Positions 24,929-29,645 of a DNA stretch of 29,645 bases are shown here, one piece after another. Each line of letters starts with the position of its first letter. The stretch's first letter is position 1. Source of the stretch: a virus (taxonomy: Duplodnaviria > Caudoviricetes); IMG/VR virus record IMGVR_UViG_3300024187_000019, positions 1-29,645 of that record. The stretch is one strand, 5' to 3'. The notes below the pieces were generated by a model. The model was given only the letters and a program-made list of their open reading frames with translations, had not been told where the DNA came from and searched no databases. A program made the position numbers and the translations under genes.

Positions 24929-27900
24929 TGGCTACCCTGGTCGTTGGGGCAATCGGCGCAACAGTCGGCGCGTTTTTCGGCGGGCCGCTCGGGGCGTCTA
25001 TCGGCTGGTCACTTGGGTCTGCGCTTGGCGGGGCGCTGTTTCCGAACAGGCCGGCACAGGTTCCGCATGACCTTCATCTTCAAGGTTCTAGCTACGGCGC
25101 CTTCCGCAAGATTATCTACGGGACTGTCCGAATCAGCGGGAATGTGACTTGGGAAACCGACCTTCAGGAACACGACGGGGGCGGGAAGGGTAAAGAGCCT
25201 GAGCAGTCCACGTTCACCGCGTCCTTTGACGTTGGACTATGCGAAACTCAAGTCGTATCGGTCCTGCGATTTTGGGCCGCAGGCAGGCTGAACTACGACA
25301 TTAACCAGCCGGACGGTCCCGACGTTCCGTTCGTTCTCTACGACGGCAACGCTACTCAACTACCAGACCCGACCGAGGAAGCTGCGGAGGGCGTAGGAAA
25401 CGTCCCGGCATATCGGGGCGTCTCGCGCGTTGTCTTCACCGATTGGGACATGACGCAGTTTGGAAACTCAATTCCGCAACTGAGTTTCGAGCTTGCCACC
25501 AAGGGAACGCTGCAAGACCTTCGGATTGTTTTGCAGAACGATGATACCGGCAAGACGTTTCAGGGTTTCTCATGCATCGCGGAATGGGATTCGCCGGATA
25601 GCATTCCGGTAGTGACGAACGTAAATGTAGGCGTGACCTACAGCGTCGCCAATTCCAACGGCGAGGACTATGACCCGGTCGACCTGAGTGCTACAGGTGT
25701 TCACGCAACCACCATCATTTATCCGCAATGGTGGAACGGTATAGCCTTTACCAATTACTTCGGCATGGGGAATTACAAGTATGCCGATGACAGCGTTGTC
25801 CAGCTGCACTTCGGCGTCGATGTTGGCGAGATAACGGCGAGCGACGAGAATCCGACGATCATCAGTAGTGCGACCGTAACGGCGGTACTCGATCCAGTCC
25901 ATTCGGTCTATAACGCTTTCGACTCGACCAAGTTCGTTTATAACGCGGGCGTTCCTGCGGGTCTGTTTTGCTACAACGCGGCGATGACGCAAGACGGGAC
26001 GGCGGTCTTCGTCTTTACGCGGCCGACGGCGATAGCATCTACCGACCACTGGTACAAGATCGTAGACGGTGCGGTCGTGGACGACGGAGCAATCGACGCC
26101 GGAATCCAAGCATTATTTACGAGCGTAAGCGGTCCGTATTGTCAGACCGGAAAGCCTCATGGTGTGGCTGGCGACGGTACGATAATGAATAGCCTTTCCG
26201 TAGAGAACAACGGGACATTCTTTTGGTATATGCAGGGGGCGTCACAAACGGTTTTCCTGCTCGAGATTGATAGCGGCGGAACATTAGTCGACAGCGGCGC
26301 ATCGCTTTCGATTCCGTTCTCAGGGGCAAGTCCCAACGGTGGTATCGAAGGCTGCATCCGCTCGTTGGGAACGACGGGTTATGCGGGGGTAGCCAAGGGC
26401 CACAACCTGTTTCTGCTCTCTCGAGTAGGCGATCAGGAGCTTACCTATTTGTCCGAAGTCGTGGCGGACCTCTGCGACAGGGCGGGACTTGACCCGAGCC
26501 AGTATGACGTCACGCAGCTGTCCAGCATAGTGGTTGACGGATATGTAATCGAGCAGCAGATAACGATCCGTCAGGCCATTGAGACCCTGATGCCGGTCTA
26601 TTTCTTTGATGCCGTCGAGTCTGACGGGGTTATAAAGTTTGTCGTCCGCGGCGCCGATCCGATTGTGACGTTTGAGGAGGATGATCTAGCCGCTCACACG
26701 GACAGCGACGATCTCCCTGCCTTGCTGTCGTGTGTCCACACCCAAGACGCGGACCTCCCATCGTCGATCAGTATTTCCTATATGAACAAGGAAGCCGATT
26801 ATCAGATCAATTCTCAAACCTGGCAGCGGATGACCGGAGGGAACGGGGACGTTCAGACCATACAAGTTCCGCTAGTCCTGACAGACCAGCACGCCAAACA
26901 GATTGTCGACGCTTGGGGCTTTAATGCCTTGTGGGAGCGCGACGCCTACACATGGTATTCGTCCCGCAAGTACGCCAAGTACGAGCCGACGGACGTTTGT
27001 ATTGTGATGGGCAAGACGATCCGCATAACGAGCAAGACCGAAGGGGCTACGGGAGTCATTAAGTGGGAAGGCGTGCCGTCTCGAGCCGCCAACTATATTC
27101 AGGCCGGAGTCGCAGGGACAGCCTTTAATCCGGGGCAGACGTTACAACCGACCGTAGCTACTCAGGTTGTCCTGCTCGACATTCCCATGATCGAGGACAG
27201 CGATAACCAGAATGGCTTTTACGCTGCGATGGCGCCTGCAGGACCGGGTTCCTGGCCTGGCGGGAGTCTGTGGAAGTCGTCGGATGGCGGGTCCAATTAC
27301 GAGCGCGTGGCAACGGCTGTATCCCCGGCAACCATTGGGGCCGTCACTGAAGTCTTGGGCGACTTCCCTGGTGGAAATACGTTCGACGAATCCCATGCAG
27401 TGACGGTGACAATCGGGGCGGGCGGCGGGACATTGGCGAGCGAAACCGAGCTCGCGGTCTTGAATGGGGCCAATACGTTCCTGATTGGCAATGAGATCGT
27501 GCAGGCGAAGAACTGTGTTCTTACAGCGCCGTCAACGTACCTTGTAAGCGGTTTCCTCCGCGGTCGCAGGGGAACCGAAGCCGAAATCCCGTTGCACGTT
27601 GCCGGCGAGACATTTATCGACCTGTCAACCGTCTCCGATGTTGACGCGCCGTTTAATGATTTGGGACAGACGCGGCTTTACAAAGCCGTCACGCTCGGGC
27701 AGTCGCTTGCCAGCGGGACTCCTGCTTCGTTCATCAACTACGGTGCGAAACTCAGACCGTATTCCCCGGCACAGTTGGGCGGCGGGTCGGACACCGTGGG
27801 TAATGTCACGATCAACTGGAATCGCAGAACGAGGATTGGTGGGGCGTGGGCTGACTATACAGACGTGATTCTCGGGGAATCCACTGAAGGCTACGTCCTG

Positions 27901-28557
27901 CAGATATGGTCGGAGGACTTTCAGGAGGTCGCGCGGATCGTTACCGGCCTGACGTCGCCGACGTTCACCTATACCGCGGCGATGCAAGTAACAGACTTCG
28001 GCGCGACGCAGCAGACCATCTTCGTTTCCGTCGGGCAGGTCGGGGCTTACACCCTCGGAGCGCAAGCGACGGCGACGATCGCCGGTATCGGCGGGAGCAA
28101 CAGTGCTCCGCTGAATCCGCAAATCCCGCACAACAATCCGCCGCCGATAACCGGAGCCGGATGCTCGGGAACCGTTATCGCCGATACGCTCAACTGGGCG
28201 ACGCCGACGTATATCTTTTCTCCTGATGGTTTCGGCGGCGCGGATCAGACGTGGCTCCTATCGTTTACGACGGGAAGCATTACCGCGGGACGAGGAGTGC
28301 TTACGGCCTTCGCCGGGTCGGGCGATCAACTACCGATGGGCGGGAAACTAACGGCCGAGCCATGCGGACAACCCTTGCCTCCGTCTAAGGAAAGACTGCC
28401 GCTCTCGAGCCTCGTCCAGTTTGCGTTCTACATGACCGGCAATCCTAACCCCGGCAAGTATCCGACACTGCTTCCATCAACGACTTACTACTTCAGCGTG
28501 ACGAGGCCGAGCGTCGGCGCCGCAATGTCCGCGATCCTCCTCTCACCGGGAAATTGA
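24928..28557 (+). CDS. Central tail/host specificity protein (GTA megatron-like, Phage-tail_3)
   Basis: SSYG...IYGTVRISGNV.W, PAYRG, FGN.IPQLSFE, FDAVESDG.IKFV.RG, LLDIP, GNEIVQ, LRGRRGTE, W.RRTR. Confidence 0.9.
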   Translation: MATLVVGAIGATVGAFFGGPLGASIGWSLGSALGGALFPNRPAQVPHDLHLQGSSYGAFRKIIYGTVRISGNVTWETDLQEHDGGGKGKEPEQSTFTASFDVGLCETQVVSVLRFWAAGRLNYDINQPDGPDVPFVLYDGNATQLPDPTEEAAEGVGNVPAYRGVSRVVFTDWDMTQFGNSIPQLSFELATKGTLQDLRIVLQNDDTGKTFQGFSCIAEWDSPDSIPVVTNVNVGVTYSVANSNGEDYDPVDLSATGVHATTIIYPQWWNGIAFTNYFGMGNYKYADDSVVQLHFGVDVGEITASDENPTIISSATVTAVLDPVHSVYNAFDSTKFVYNAGVPAGLFCYNAAMTQDGTAVFVFTRPTAIASTDHWYKIVDGAVVDDGAIDAGIQALFTSVSGPYCQTGKPHGVAGDGTIMNSLSVENNGTFFWYMQGASQTVFLLEIDSGGTLVDSGASLSIPFSGASPNGGIEGCIRSLGTTGYAGVAKGHNLFLLSRVGDQELTYLSEVVADLCDRAGLDPSQYDVTQLSSIVVDGYVIEQQITIRQAIETLMPVYFFDAVESDGVIKFVVRGADPIVTFEEDDLAAHTDSDDLPALLSCVHTQDADLPSSISISYMNKEADYQINSQTWQRMTGGNGDVQTIQVPLVLTDQHAKQIVDAWGFNALWERDAYTWYSSRKYAKYEPTDVCIVMGKTIRITSKTEGATGVIKWEGVPSRAANYIQAGVAGTAFNPGQTLQPTVATQVVLLDIPMIEDSDNQNGFYAAMAPAGPGSWPGGSLWKSSDGGSNYERVATAVSPATIGAVTEVLGDFPGGNTFDESHAVTVTIGAGGGTLASETELAVLNGANTFLIGNEIVQAKNCVLTAPSTYLVSGFLRGRRGTEAEIPLHVAGETFIDLSTVSDVDAPFNDLGQTRLYKAVTLGQSLASGTPASFINYGAKLRPYSPAQLGGGSDTVGNVTINWNRRTRIGGAWADYTDVILGESTEGYVLQIWSEDFQEVARIVTGLTSPTFTYTAAMQVTDFGATQQTIFVSVGQVGAYTLGAQATATIAGIGGSNSAPLNPQIPHNNPPPITGAGCSGTVIADTLNWATPTYIFSPDGFGGADQTWLLSFTTGSITAGRGVLTAFAGSGDQLPMGGKLTAEPCGQPLPPSKERLPLSSLVQFAFYMTGNPNPGKYPTLLPSTTYYFSVTRPSVGAAMSAILLSPGN

Positions 28558-28558
28558 T

Positions 28559-29645
28559 ATGGCCGACTTTACAACTAACCTCGATCTAATCTCCCCGTCG
28601 CAAGCGCAGAAGGAAGCGACCGGAGATGCTCTTTTTAACGCGGCGTCGCTGGCGATGGCCTTCGCGCGCAGGGACTCGACTTGCTCCGGATTGACATTCG
28701 GATATTACGGCGTTCGGCTCAACGGAACGTCCTACGCAAACGGGACCGTCCTCGCGACCGCGAGCAATACGAACTACGTCGTTGTTCACCGGACGACTTA
28801 TGCGGTCTCGATTTCGACGACGAATACAAACTGGAACAATACGGCGGTCTATGGTCGCGCCTATCTTCTGACGGCTGGTGCGTCGACGATTACAGACTAT
28901 CAGGATCACCGTTTTTCAAACGACGCGACCGGGATATTTAACCTCGGCGGCGCGGGCGCGGCGACGGCGATAACCGACGTAAAGGATAGCGTCCGCGTAG
29001 CGACGACGGCGAATATAACGCTATCGGGAACGCAGACGATCGATGGCGTCTCGGTAGCCGCCGGCGAACGAGTCCTAGTCAAGAATCAAACGACAGGATC
29101 GGAGAACGGTATTTACGTCTGCGCCTCCGGAGCCTGGACACGCAGTACGGACGCTGATAGTTCTTCCGAAGTTACGGCAGGGATGTTCGTCTTTGTCGCG
29201 GAGGGAACGGCTAACGGCGACTCGGGCTGGCTCCTGACGACGAACGATCCGATCACGCTTGCCTCGACCTCTCTGACCTTCGTCCAGTTCTCGACTTTCC
29301 TCGCCGACGACTCGGTAACGAATGCCAAGCTCGCCAATATGGCGACGGCATCCTTCAAGGGACGGACGACGGCAGGAACGGGAGACCCGGAGGACCTAAC
29401 TGCTGCCCAAGCCGCCGCGATTCTCGGAACGAATATCAAGTCGACGGAGTCGCTGATTATCGCCTGTTCCGACGAATCGACGGCGATCACGACAGGAACG
29501 ACAAAGTTTACGTTTCGGATGCCCTATGCTTTTACTGTTACCGCGATTCGTGCCTCTCTCTCTACGGCCCAGACCTCCGGGAGCATCTTTACGGTCGACG
29601 TCAACGAGTCCGGCTCCTCGATCATTAGCACGAAGCTGACGATCG
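28559..29645 (+). CDS. Tail fibre protein, partial (no stop in window; missing from the ORF track)
   Basis: ATG 28559 just after the megatron stop; reads MADFTTNLDLISPSQAQKE..., KDSVRVATTANITLSGTQTIDGV..RVLVKNQ..ENGIY, VTNAKLANM, FRMPYAFT; open to the window end. Confidence 0.85.
   Translation, partial: MADFTTNLDLISPSQAQKEATGDALFNAASLAMAFARRDSTCSGLTFGYYGVRLNGTSYANGTVLATASNTNYVVVHRTTYAVSISTTNTNWNNTAVYGRAYLLTAGASTITDYQDHRFSNDATGIFNLGGAGAATAITDVKDSVRVATTANITLSGTQTIDGVSVAAGERVLVKNQTTGSENGIYVCASGAWTRSTDADSSSEVTAGMFVFVAEGTANGDSGWLLTTNDPITLASTSLTFVQFSTFLADDSVTNAKLANMATASFKGRTTAGTGDPEDLTAAQAAAILGTNIKSTESLIIACSDESTAITTGTTKFTFRMPYAFTVTAIRASLSTAQTSGSIFTVDVNESGSSIISTKLTI

Larger units (their letters stand above)
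1..29645 (+). mobile_element. Tailed phage or prophage (siphovirus-type) structural region
   Basis: Complete packaging-head-neck-tail gene series; no integrase, att site or host genes in the window, so phage versus prophage cannot be decided. Confidence 0.95.

Noticed and set aside
22753-28557. Gene transfer agent
   Set aside because: The tail tip is GTA-like, but the long tape measure, fused capsid gene, gene order and large accessory block fit a genuine phage

Overview
One co-oriented (+ strand), translationally coupled virion morphogenesis operon of a tailed dsDNA phage or prophage with a long non-contractile tail; a GC-rich proteobacterial host is inferred. Gene order: terS, terL, fused HK97-type prohead protease/major capsid protein, small protein, portal, an ~11 kb accessory block, HK97-type neck genes, major tail protein, tail chaperones with a -1 frameshift, tape measure, a GTA-like tail tip (DUF2460, DUF2163, NlpC/P60, megatron-like) and a tail fibre gene running off the right edge. 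The accessory block between portal and head-tail connector has two parts. The first is a set of putative head or neck decoration proteins: two collagen-like, one Ig-like, one PL14-like lyase, one beta-propeller and two Thr/Gly-rich proteins, some sharing short N-terminal peptides. The second is a six-gene glycan cassette: Maf/GT29-like, two KpsS/KpsC-like, a GT-B, a SAM methyltransferase and a GT-A/CDI-like gene. Many conserved structural proteins carry short D/G/N/T-Ser-Pro motifs in apparent loop insertions. The main hypothesis is a phage-encoded virion O-glycosylation system with its own sequon. All family calls come from motif recognition by eye, not database searches.
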